The translations under genes were made by a program, and so were the position numbers. The notes beneath the pieces were generated by a model. It did no database searches. It was not told the DNA's origin and worked only from the letters and a program-made list of their open reading frames with translations. This document shows positions 7,928 to 16,141 of a stretch of DNA of 20,000 nucleotides, one piece after another. Position 1 is the first letter of the stretch. Every line of letters starts with the position of its first letter. The DNA is from an uncultured Gemmatimonadota bacterium (lineage in GTDB: Bacteria; Blakebacterota; Blakebacteria; Blakebacterales; Blakebacteraceae), in the NCBI GenBank assembly GCA_964576115.1, contig CAZNUA010000014.1, positions 51,299 through 71,298 of the forward strand, given 5' to 3'.

Positions 7928-9480
7928 CAGCCTCAGCCCGGCAACCGGAAGAGATTGCCCTGGCGGCAGCGATCCGGTCTCCCCTGATCATATCCGCATC
8001 AGACATCGATCTATTCAGCACAGATAATCGAGATCTCGCCACTATCCTGCATCGGGCACCACTGAACGGCAATGACCTGGACGGACGGCTGACGGCTCTC
8101 CGGGAACTCGGCGCCGATCCCGGCCGCCTGGCCGGACTGTGGGATCTCGGGAAGGATGACCTGATCCATGCCGAAGACGGAGAGCGAGCCCTCCAGGAAC
8201 TCAGACATAATAGGCGGATAACCCAGCTGCACGCTCTCGGGAAAGAGTTATCCGGGGCTGCTCCTGATCGAGCCGAGGAGCTACTTCTAGAGCTGAGGGA
8301 GATCGAAACCGCCGAGCAGGATAACAGCGGACCCCAGTGGCTCACGGCCGCCGAGCTCTCCGATGATGAGGTATCCGGTCCGGATTGGATTCTCAGCCCG
8401 CTCTTGGTCCGAGAGACGGTCACAGACCTGACCGCGAAGGTGAAGGTTGGCAAAACGCGTCTGGCCCAGGAGTGTGCCCGTTCTGTGCTGACCGGGGATC
8501 CGCTCTTCGGGCACAAATCTACCACAACCGGACCGGTCGTCTACCTAACCGAAGAACGCCGCCAGACCTTCCGGGAATCCCTACGCCGGGTCGGTATTCT
8601 CGGAAACCCTGATCTACACCTGCTCTTCCGACACTCTGCGCGGGGCATGTCCTGGCCTTCGATTGTGGCCGCGGTCGGAGCAAAGGCCCGGGAGATCGGC
8701 GCGGTCCTGCTGGTGGTGGATACCGTCTCGGACTGGGCTGGACTCGCTGCCGACGAGGAGAATGACGCCGGCGCTGCCCTGGCGGCCGTCAGACCACTAC
8801 ACGCGGTTGCAGCCGAAGGTCTGGCCGTGCTCATGCTCCGCCACGATCGCAAGTCGGGCGGTGAGATTGGGGAATCCGGACGCGGGTCGTCAGCCTGGGC
8901 GGGTGCTGCTGACATCTTATGGAACCTGCGCCGGGCGAACGTGGAAGGACACCCGAACCGGCGGCACCTGGTAGGGGTTGGCCGCTTCGAGGATATCCCG
9001 GCTGAACTGCTGATCGAACTCAGAGACAGTGAATACGTCAACCTGGGCACAGCCGTCGATGTTGAGCGCCAGGAGGTGCGTGAAGCCGTTTTCGAGATCC
9101 TGCCTGGGCCCGAAGAGCAGGGGATATCCGAGACCGACCTCCTGGAGCGCCTGGGCGATAAGGGATCCAGAACTACTCTCCGCAGGGTGCTCGAAGAGCT
9201 GATAAAGGGCGAATTGGTCATTAAAGAGCGGGGTGCAGGAAAAACCGGAAGGGCTTTCGGATATCGTCTCTCTAATGATGTGACCACCTATAGTATGACC
9301 CCTGGTCAGTTCAATACTGAACCTTCAGTACTTCAGGTCTCTGAAGATGACCTGATTAATGATGTGACCAGCCCCCGTACCCCTGGTCACATGGATAATA
9401 GTAATCCAACTGACCAGCCCCCCCCTCTATATGGTCACAACGATAAAGCGCAGGGGGATGACGATGACCTTCCGTTCTGA
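7924..9480 (+). CDS. RecA-fold AAA_25/RepA-like replicative helicase
   Basis: Walker A AKVKVGKT, VVYLTEE, Walker B LLVVDT, HDRKSG...GRGSSAWAGAAD. wHTH-like C-terminal region. Ends DDDDLPF. Confidence 0.82.
   Translation: MTASARQPEEIALAAAIRSPLIISASDIDLFSTDNRDLATILHRAPLNGNDLDGRLTALRELGADPGRLAGLWDLGKDDLIHAEDGERALQELRHNRRITQLHALGKELSGAAPDRAEELLLELREIETAEQDNSGPQWLTAAELSDDEVSGPDWILSPLLVRETVTDLTAKVKVGKTRLAQECARSVLTGDPLFGHKSTTTGPVVYLTEERRQTFRESLRRVGILGNPDLHLLFRHSARGMSWPSIVAAVGAKAREIGAVLLVVDTVSDWAGLAADEENDAGAALAAVRPLHAVAAEGLAVLMLRHDRKSGGEIGESGRGSSAWAGAADILWNLRRANVEGHPNRRHLVGVGRFEDIPAELLIELRDSEYVNLGTAVDVERQEVREAVFEILPGPEEQGISETDLLERLGDKGSRTTLRRVLEELIKGELVIKERGAGKTGRAFGYRLSNDVTTYSMTPGQFNTEPSVLQVSEDDLINDVTSPRTPGHMDNSNPTDQPPPLYGHNDKAQGDDDDLPF
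9273..9439. repeat. Inverted/direct repeat cluster, putative origin of replication
   Basis: Three TGACCA-N13..16-TGGTCA units (9281-9308, 9365-9389, 9411-9437). TAATGATGTGACCA occurs twice. Confidence 0.6.
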
Positions 9481-9636
9481 TCCTCTCAGCCTCTCAGGGT
9501 GTCCCTTCCTGAATGCTCTCAAAGCTGAAACCGGGGATTCTCCGGGGGCGCTTCGAACGAGCAGTCCGCAGCCTGTCGGCGTCTTCTCTATGTTCCTGAA
9601 CCGTTTGTGTCCCGCCCGTGTCCCGGGGGGCCTCCG

Positions 9637-10149
9637 ATGAGTCCGAAGGGAACGAATCCTAACTCCCTCGCAAACCTGCGCCAGACGGGCAATCTCACCG
9701 TTCACGGCTGGTGGTCCAAGGGCATACAGACAACCGGTATACCGACTCGGGGCGGGTGTCCGCTTCGCCTGCTCGGGAACTGTGACTGTGAGATCCCCGA
9801 TACCGAGCAATGCCCGATCATGCTGGAGCAATTCGTAGCCCGCGTGATCGAGCTTCAGGAGATCGGTCTGAGCAAGCAGGGAGCGGAGCTGATAACCCGG
9901 ATGGAGTTCCAATCTCTTCTCGGGCATTACGTCCTAGACCGACAGGGAGCGTTCAGGCGGGACGGTGACGACTCAGCACCGATGAAAGCTCATCGGGTGT
10001 GGGTATCCGTCGGTACCGTCGATCACGCCCTGGAGCGGCTGTACAAGGCTGCGGGGATCCTGAGGACTCAGGACCTTTCGGCCCCGAGCCTGGAGGAATA
10101 CCTGGCGAAGATGTCCCGGGTAGAGATTGAGGATGATGAGGAGTGTTGA
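9637..10149 (+). CDS. Probable terminase small subunit
   Basis: Directly upstream of and overlapping TerL. N-terminal NPNSLANL...GNLTVHGWWS resembles the GNxxxxHG motif of TerS-like proteins. Cys cluster and helical C-terminal half. Confidence 0.5.
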   Translation: MSPKGTNPNSLANLRQTGNLTVHGWWSKGIQTTGIPTRGGCPLRLLGNCDCEIPDTEQCPIMLEQFVARVIELQEIGLSKQGAELITRMEFQSLLGHYVLDRQGAFRRDGDDSAPMKAHRVWVSVGTVDHALERLYKAAGILRTQDLSAPSLEEYLAKMSRVEIEDDEEC

Positions 10150-11635
10150 TGCAAAGATGCAATCCATAAAGAAACAAAGGGCTCACGTCGATGCCGTGAC
10201 TTTCGCGACGGATCCGCAACTGCTCGGGCTGACGCTCTCACCGGCTCAGGAAGTGGTGATCAGGGCGGCATACGGTCTCCCGATCGAGGGGGACCTGGTC
10301 AGCGTGTACTACGAGATCACCGGACGCCTGGACTGGCGCACCCGGACCGAGCCGGTGCATGACCTGACGGTGATCGGGGGGCGTCGGGGAGGGAAGGATT
10401 CCCGGATTATCACGGCGATTGCGGCATATGAGGCTTTCTGTGGCGGGCATGAGGCACACCTGGCACCGGGTGAGGAAGGCGTGGTGCTGGTGGTCTCTCA
10501 GGTGATCCGACGGGCCCGACAGGCGGCTTTCAGCCTGATACGCGGAGCTATCTTCAATTCCCCGATGTTGCGTAAGAAGGTGATCTCGGATCGGGCCTGG
10601 GATCTCGGGCTGGACAACGGCCTGGTGATCAGGTGTGAGCCCTGCAGCTTCCGGAGCATCCGGGGATCAGCCGTGCCGGTGGCGCTCTTCGATGAGGCGG
10701 CTTTCTGGTCGTATGAGGGACACAACCCGGACCGTGAAGTAGAGCGGGCGGTACGGCCGGCAATGGCGCAATTCCCGGGCTGGAAGCTGGTGAAGGTATC
10801 GACCCCGTGGATCCGGGCCGGGCTGCTCTTCGAGGACTACGAGAAGCACTACGGCGCCGATGAGGATCCGCACCTGGTCATGCAGGCCTCCACGTGGATC
10901 CTGAATCCGACCATTCCGCAGTCATTCCTCGATCAGGAACGCCGGAAGGATCCGGAGACCTTCGAGCGGGAGTACGGGGCACGGTTCAGCGATCGGGAGG
11001 CATTGTGGCTTCCACATGATTCGATTGAGGCATGCCGTCAGGAGTGGACCGCCCGAAGTCTACCGGAGTATCCCCGGCCCCGGGCTGTTGCCGTGATCGA
11101 TCCGGCGTACAAGCGGGATAGGTTCGCGGCCGCGATCGGCTGGTACGAGAAGGGCAAGGATGAGATTCCCGGGCGGGTTGTGATCGGCCGGCTGGAAGGC
11201 TGGACGCCTCCCCGGGGCGGTGAGCTCTCCCTGAATGCCGTTCTCGATCAGCTCTGTCCGATTCTCGGGCAGTACGACGTGCGGAAGGTTCATGGAGATC
11301 AGTACACGGCCGCACCTGTTCGGGAGGCTCTGCGGGCTCGAGGATTCGCTTTCGAGGAACACCCCTTCTCGGCCCCGTTCAAGGCCGAGATCTACTCCGA
11401 TTTGAAATCCCTGGTGATCGAGGAACGCATTGACCTCCCGGATCATGACCGGGGGATCTCCGAGCTCAAATCCCTGCACGTGACCCACACCCCGGCCGGG
11501 ACTATGCGAATCGGAGCACCTGAGCGGGCCGGATACCACGACGACTACGCAACCGTCATTGCCCTGGCCGCTCACCTGGTCTTTTCCGAGACACAGACGC
11601 TCTGCACACGTGGCGGGCAAATGGTCGATATCTAG
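10127..11635 (+). CDS. terL: Terminase large subunit (exact start uncertain)
   Basis: Walker A GRRGGKD, SIRG, Walker B ALFDEAAF, coupling motif VSTP, FEREYGARF, RNase-H-like nuclease IDPA...GDQY...HDD. Confidence 0.88.
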   Translation: MRMMRSVDAKMQSIKKQRAHVDAVTFATDPQLLGLTLSPAQEVVIRAAYGLPIEGDLVSVYYEITGRLDWRTRTEPVHDLTVIGGRRGGKDSRIITAIAAYEAFCGGHEAHLAPGEEGVVLVVSQVIRRARQAAFSLIRGAIFNSPMLRKKVISDRAWDLGLDNGLVIRCEPCSFRSIRGSAVPVALFDEAAFWSYEGHNPDREVERAVRPAMAQFPGWKLVKVSTPWIRAGLLFEDYEKHYGADEDPHLVMQASTWILNPTIPQSFLDQERRKDPETFEREYGARFSDREALWLPHDSIEACRQEWTARSLPEYPRPRAVAVIDPAYKRDRFAAAIGWYEKGKDEIPGRVVIGRLEGWTPPRGGELSLNAVLDQLCPILGQYDVRKVHGDQYTAAPVREALRARGFAFEEHPFSAPFKAEIYSDLKSLVIEERIDLPDHDRGISELKSLHVTHTPAGTMRIGAPERAGYHDDYATVIALAAHLVFSETQTLCTRGGQMVDI

Positions 11636-11644
11636 GAGACAGTC

Positions 11645-11992
11645 ATGCAGACACACACACCTGCACGGGAAGCCGAGAGCCGGGTGAGGACGGCCGGGAA
11701 CTGGCAACGCCGGCTGTCCGAGCTCACGGCCGAGTACCGCCAGGCTGACGCCCGGGCCCGGTGCCTGCTCTCTCACGCCGTCCGGGCTCTCGGGGAGTTG
11801 AAAGCAGCTGCTGAGGCACCCGTACGGGAGGCCCCGCGCTACTACCGGCAATCCCGGCCCCTGCCTTTCGAGCCGTCCCTGATCATCGAGGAATTTCTGG
11901 ACGCACTCCGGCTGCAGGGGATCGATCTACACACCGAAACAATCACAACGATTGGAGATGATGAAGATGGTGGCACCACGGACGAGTTATGA
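11645..11992 (+). CDS. Hypothetical helical protein
   Basis: 115-aa ORF with AGGAG RBS immediately after terL. Confidence 0.6.
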   Translation: MQTHTPAREAESRVRTAGNWQRRLSELTAEYRQADARARCLLSHAVRALGELKAAAEAPVREAPRYYRQSRPLPFEPSLIIEEFLDALRLQGIDLHTETITTIGDDEDGGTTDEL

Positions 11993-12746
11993 CAGAGACG
12001 AGCTGGTCACGGCTGACGGCCTGTTCCACTTCCACCCGGATCTTGAGGGTCAGGATCTGCAGGCTCAGCTGGCGTACCGGGCGAAGGAACTGCAGTCGAT
12101 CATCGATGAGACCCGGAAGAGGCATCACGTGATCCGCGGTCAGATCCGGCACACCGAACAGGAGAAAATGACCGCGATCGCGGAGCTCATGGGAGAAGTT
12201 GCCGGCGACGTGAGAAGCCGGATCCGGGATCTGCTCGGCCTGGACGCGTTCGAGAAACACACCTCACTGCTTCGCGAACTCCGCTCCCCCGATCGACACC
12301 TGGACCTGCCGCCTCAGTTCAAACATGAGAAGCAGACCGGCACGATGGAACGTGAGATCCGCGACGAGGTCCGCAAGCTGCCCGAGATGGATATCCGCGG
12401 CACGCTCTATGAGGCCGTCAATGATGATGACCGGATCACGCTGCGTGCTTTCCGGTTCTGTCCTCCCCGGTTCCCGCTGGTGAAGACCGAGGACCTGGAA
12501 GACGCCATGGAGAAGCACTCCCGCCGGCTGTTCCCCGAGCAGTGGGGGCTCTGTGACAGCCTGGGGCATCTCTGGAGTCTGTGCCGGACCAACTTCGAGC
12601 AGTTCTGCTCGATCCTGTTCGCCCTGGCCGGTCCCGGTGGTGATGCGATCATGGCCCAGCTGCGGGTTGAATCGTTCCTGCCCGAGAGTGTGACGACCGA
12701 GCCGAACCGGTACCTCGATCCGGCGCTGGCACGCCCGGCCGGTTGA
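11952..12746 (+). CDS. Hypothetical helical/coiled-coil protein
   Basis: 264-aa ORF with GC3-rich codon usage, in the operon. No recognisable motif. Confidence 0.65.
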   Translation: MEMMKMVAPRTSYDRDELVTADGLFHFHPDLEGQDLQAQLAYRAKELQSIIDETRKRHHVIRGQIRHTEQEKMTAIAELMGEVAGDVRSRIRDLLGLDAFEKHTSLLRELRSPDRHLDLPPQFKHEKQTGTMEREIRDEVRKLPEMDIRGTLYEAVNDDDRITLRAFRFCPPRFPLVKTEDLEDAMEKHSRRLFPEQWGLCDSLGHLWSLCRTNFEQFCSILFALAGPGGDAIMAQLRVESFLPESVTTEPNRYLDPALARPAG

Positions 12747-12761
12747 GAAAGGGGGTACGGA

Positions 12762-13100
12762 TTGATGCAGGAAAATCAAATGGACCGCTCTCAGGCAGTT
12801 CGATCGAGCGCAGAAGCGCCGATCTCCAAGCGACCGGCACGGGAACACCCCCGGGGGAAAGATCGGGCCTTAGAAATTCCAAAGGACGTCCTTAACCGCG
12901 TCCCGCCTCTCTATCGCCAGATCTACAAGCAGGCCATGACAGGGCGAAGCCGGCGAATGGCCGTGCGTGCTTTCTGTCTGGAATGCATGGGCTGGTCCGC
13001 CAATGAGGTGAGGGACTGTACAGCTCCGTACTGCCCGCTGTACCCCTACCGGCTGTTGCAGCCGCCGAGATCCAAACGGGACAAAGTCGAACCTAGCTGA
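12762..13100 (+). CDS. Cys4 zinc-finger-like phage-type protein
   Basis: AVRAFCLECMGWSANEVRDCTAPYCPLYPYR (CxxC...CxxxxC). Confidence 0.65.
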   Translation: MMQENQMDRSQAVRSSAEAPISKRPAREHPRGKDRALEIPKDVLNRVPPLYRQIYKQAMTGRSRRMAVRAFCLECMGWSANEVRDCTAPYCPLYPYRLLQPPRSKRDKVEPS

Positions 13101-13198
13101 CCGACCCGGCTCTTTGACATACCCTCTCACCCCGGGCTCTGGCGCCTTCCTCTGCCGGAGCCGGGTGCTATCCCGGGGTGGGAGAATTCCTGTACATA

Positions 13199-13639
13199 TT
13201 ATCTACATAACTTTGTAAACAGATGATCATGGCTTTTATTTTTATATACTTTACCTCTAGGTTTATCAATCAAGTATTTATTAGTGAAATCACTCTGCAA
13301 ATCAACATCACTAGTACACAATATTCTAGCATTCGATGCTTTTGCAAGTGCTAATATATGAGGATCATTAGATATATATTTTTCATTATTAATTATTTGC
13401 AATTCTATTCCGTCAATAAGAGAGTCCTTGTATATCTTTGCTTTGCCTGCTTTATCAAGCTGGAGAATCATTCTTAATATTTTTCTATTTGTTTCGTATT
13501 CTCTTCTCAATTTGCCACCGCACACAACTTTTATTTTAGTTTTTTTTAGGTCAAATATATTATTGTGAATATTTCTGTATTGTTTGTTGCCACTAATAAA
13601 CACACTGTGAGCAACGTTATTGTCAATTATTATACACAT
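13199..13639 (-). CDS. PIN-domain ribonuclease-like protein
   Basis: IIIDNNV (first acidic residue), LRREY, NDPHILALA, LCTSDVDL. TAATG coupling to the ATPase. Very AT-rich. Confidence 0.75.
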   Translation of the reverse strand: MCIIIDNNVAHSVFISGNKQYRNIHNNIFDLKKTKIKVVCGGKLRREYETNRKILRMILQLDKAGKAKIYKDSLIDGIELQIINNEKYISNDPHILALAKASNARILCTSDVDLQSDFTNKYLIDKPRGKVYKNKSHDHLFTKLCR

Positions 13640-14958
13640 TAATAGTCAGCTCTTCTTAATATATTTAACTCTTCACTTAAAAAGAATTCACGATAACAAG
13701 GTGGAGGATCAATTATATTCGCATTGCTATCTAATTTGATATTATGAATAGTAGATACAGGACCATCTCTACTCATAAATATTAAACTGAAATTGTTTAA
13801 CTTTAAATTGCCTTTAGCAATAGATTGTCTAATACGATCAATAATGTAATCACTGTGAGTTTCAATAACTAGATTGACACGCCCTAAAGAGGCAATATAT
13901 GAAAAGAAAGTGCCGAGAGCTGCTTGTGCACGAGGGTGCAAATGCACTTCAGGTTGTTGAACAAGCAGGAATGTACCTCTTGGAGACATTGCAGTTTGAA
14001 TGATTATTGGTAGTGCTTGGCTCACACCATACCCTACATCAACCAGATTCGCAGGTCTGCCAATACCCTTAACTACAATCTGAAATGGTGAACTTGCTTT
14101 TTTCCCGAGTTTCTTCACAGAAATTTCTGAAAATAAACCTGATTCTTGTCCAAAACTGCTAAGTGCTTGATGCACAAAGTCCTTTTCTTGTCGTGAATAT
14201 TCCCCTTGTTCAAACCGGTCTAATACAAATGGTATATGATCACCTTCAGGCTGAAACACATCCATTATTTCACTATACGTTCTATCTGGTTTTGTCCGGA
14301 TTGGAGCGAGGGATATCGCACGTGGTAACTGCATTTCGAATCGTCTGAGTTGACTAAAGACACTATCAACAACAAGTCTGTCCTTATCTCGAAGCTGTAC
14401 TTCTTTCTCACGACGCTTAAAGAACTTTTGCCATATATGCTGAGCAACGAAGTTATAAAAACCCACGCCTTTCATCTGATGTAAGTGCAGTTTTTCAATA
14501 ATCGGGAAGCAGAATTCATTATTGTCAATAAGTATATCAATCATTCCAAATATCCCGTCCTTGCTCTCTTCGAAAAAATCTACAAAAACAGACATCTTGG
14601 ATCCTTGATACTCAATCTTTGCAATCTCTACTTTACCGAGATTGCTACGATAAGTGGCCTCAATCTTCTCTGGGCCTTCCTTTGCTCGTTTAGGCAACTG
14701 GCAACCAAGAACAAAGTGCTTTGAGCGCCCGAAGCTTCCTCCCTTGTACGTGGCAATTGTATCGAAACTTCCCATACTATAAGGTGACTTATTAAATGCT
14801 GGTTGGAGTGGATACTGCTCCTTATCACATATGACAGACAGGACTCCAAGTAGGGTTGATTTACCAGAGCTATTCTCACCTGTCAATACTGTTAATGGTT
14901 TCAAGGGAAGAATATGGCGACCAGCAAAAGAACGAATATTCTCAATAATCAGATCCAT
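13639..14958 (-). CDS. ABC-type (AAA_15/AAA_21, DUF3696-like) ATPase
   Basis: IENIRSF, Walker A GENSSGKS, signature VGYGVSQ, LLVQQPEVHLHP, IETHSDY. Confidence 0.85.
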   Translation of the reverse strand: MDLIIENIRSFAGRHILPLKPLTVLTGENSSGKSTLLGVLSVICDKEQYPLQPAFNKSPYSMGSFDTIATYKGGSFGRSKHFVLGCQLPKRAKEGPEKIEATYRSNLGKVEIAKIEYQGSKMSVFVDFFEESKDGIFGMIDILIDNNEFCFPIIEKLHLHQMKGVGFYNFVAQHIWQKFFKRREKEVQLRDKDRLVVDSVFSQLRRFEMQLPRAISLAPIRTKPDRTYSEIMDVFQPEGDHIPFVLDRFEQGEYSRQEKDFVHQALSSFGQESGLFSEISVKKLGKKASSPFQIVVKGIGRPANLVDVGYGVSQALPIIIQTAMSPRGTFLLVQQPEVHLHPRAQAALGTFFSYIASLGRVNLVIETHSDYIIDRIRQSIAKGNLKLNNFSLIFMSRDGPVSTIHNIKLDSNANIIDPPPCYREFFLSEELNILRRADY

Positions 14959-15103
14959 ATAGGTACCTCATCTTTGGTTTCCATGGTCTTAGTGCTAATC
15001 GATTATATCTACAACTCCTCTTCCGTTCGAGCGCAATCTCAATCGTATAAGTTTAGACCTTAACAACCGTTTCACCCTTCCGGCGTTCTCAGATTGAGAC
15101 GTA

Positions 15104-15622
15104 TTACACATTTGGTGGCGAAGTCATTCCTATTGGAGTTATTCGAGCTTCCCTGATGGACGGCACTAACTGACCTGATGACGTTACTTGCTCCAATAAT
15201 CTGTGAATCTCGAGCAAGAAGTCATGTGCAGCATCTGCTCTCATTGCATCATTTGCTTTGCGATAATCTGCCTCTCTATTGGCTAAGGATACAGCAATAT
15301 GGCGGATGTAGGCTGCGAGTTGTTTCGGTAGAATCTTCTCTATGATAACACAGAAGAAGATAAATAATACGATCCCTAGAATGCCTAAGTACCAGCGCGA
15401 GAGAGATCCACCTACTAAGATCGCCAGGAGACCAACCATCCAGAGAATATTCAACCGGGTCAACCAGGGCGGTGTAATTGCATCCTGTATTCCCTCCGGC
15501 ATCATGCTTTCATTACCTGCAGGTGAAAGTTTGCGGCTAGCCCATAGGGTTGCCGCTTGCATGTTACCTGCAAACGCGTAAACCGCTCCTACAATTCCTG
15601 CAGCAACTACAATCAGCAGCAT
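15104..15622 (-). CDS. Hypothetical membrane protein (about 3 TM helices)
   Basis: Three hydrophobic segments. ATG 15622 has a GGGAG RBS and lies downstream of a predicted promoter. Confidence 0.65.
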   Translation of the reverse strand: MLLIVVAAGIVGAVYAFAGNMQAATLWASRKLSPAGNESMMPEGIQDAITPPWLTRLNILWMVGLLAILVGGSLSRWYLGILGIVLFIFFCVIIEKILPKQLAAYIRHIAVSLANREADYRKANDAMRADAAHDFLLEIHRLLEQVTSSGQLVPSIREARITPIGMTSPPNV

Positions 15623-15655
15623 ACAACACTCCCGGAATTCAAATATGCGATTCGT

Positions 15656-15708
15656 ATTGTATTCATACTGCACACCCCTTGACAACCGCCTCGCCGGTCT
15701 GGTAATCT
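15656..15708. promoter_or_regulatory. Divergent sigma70 promoters with overlapping -35 boxes
   Basis: + strand: TTGACA(15679-15684), 18 nt, TAATCT(15703-15708) with extended TG. - strand: TTGTCA(15685-15680), 18 nt, TACAAT(15661-15656). Confidence 0.6.
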
Positions 15709-15843
15709 CAGGCTGCGTAGACATTTAATCGGAGAGTTTCCTCCATGTTGATTTTGCCAGCCCTGAGTACCAGGTGACTTCCTACCTTCCGGTTGGATGT
15801 CTACGCCCCTGGGAAAGGGGCTGGCATCTTTGGAGGCCCCACC

Positions 15844-16125
15844 GTGCCAACCACAAACGACCAGTTGAAGGACGAGCTGCACTCTGCGAACGGCAAGGCC
15901 CATGACATCAGGCTGAAACTCGCCGTCATGGAGTGCGCGCTGAATAACATCCTTGAGTGCGGAGACATTCACGGCCAGAACATGATCGAGCACTGGCAGA
16001 ATGAATTGAGTGGTCTCCACATTCTCACTCAGGAACTCGGTGCTGAATTGCCGGCGATTGCTGAGACATGCGACGTAGCATCACTGGCGATCGCACAGGC
16101 AACGGCGCCTGAAACACCTGCATAA
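15844..16125 (+). CDS. Small helical hypothetical protein upstream of the integrase
   Basis: GGAGG at 15832-15836 before GTG 15844, in frame with ORF 15793-16125. Confidence 0.6.
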   Translation: MPTTNDQLKDELHSANGKAHDIRLKLAVMECALNNILECGDIHGQNMIEHWQNELSGLHILTQELGAELPAIAETCDVASLAIAQATAPETPA

Positions 16126-16141
16126 CAGAGAAAGGAGGTGA

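Noticed and set aside
9273-9439. CRISPR-like array
   Set aside because: Repeats are short, inverted and irregularly spaced within a CDS, and no cas genes are present.
11952-12746. Major capsid or portal call
   Set aside because: No recognisable HK97-fold or portal motifs, and short for a portal; left as hypothetical.
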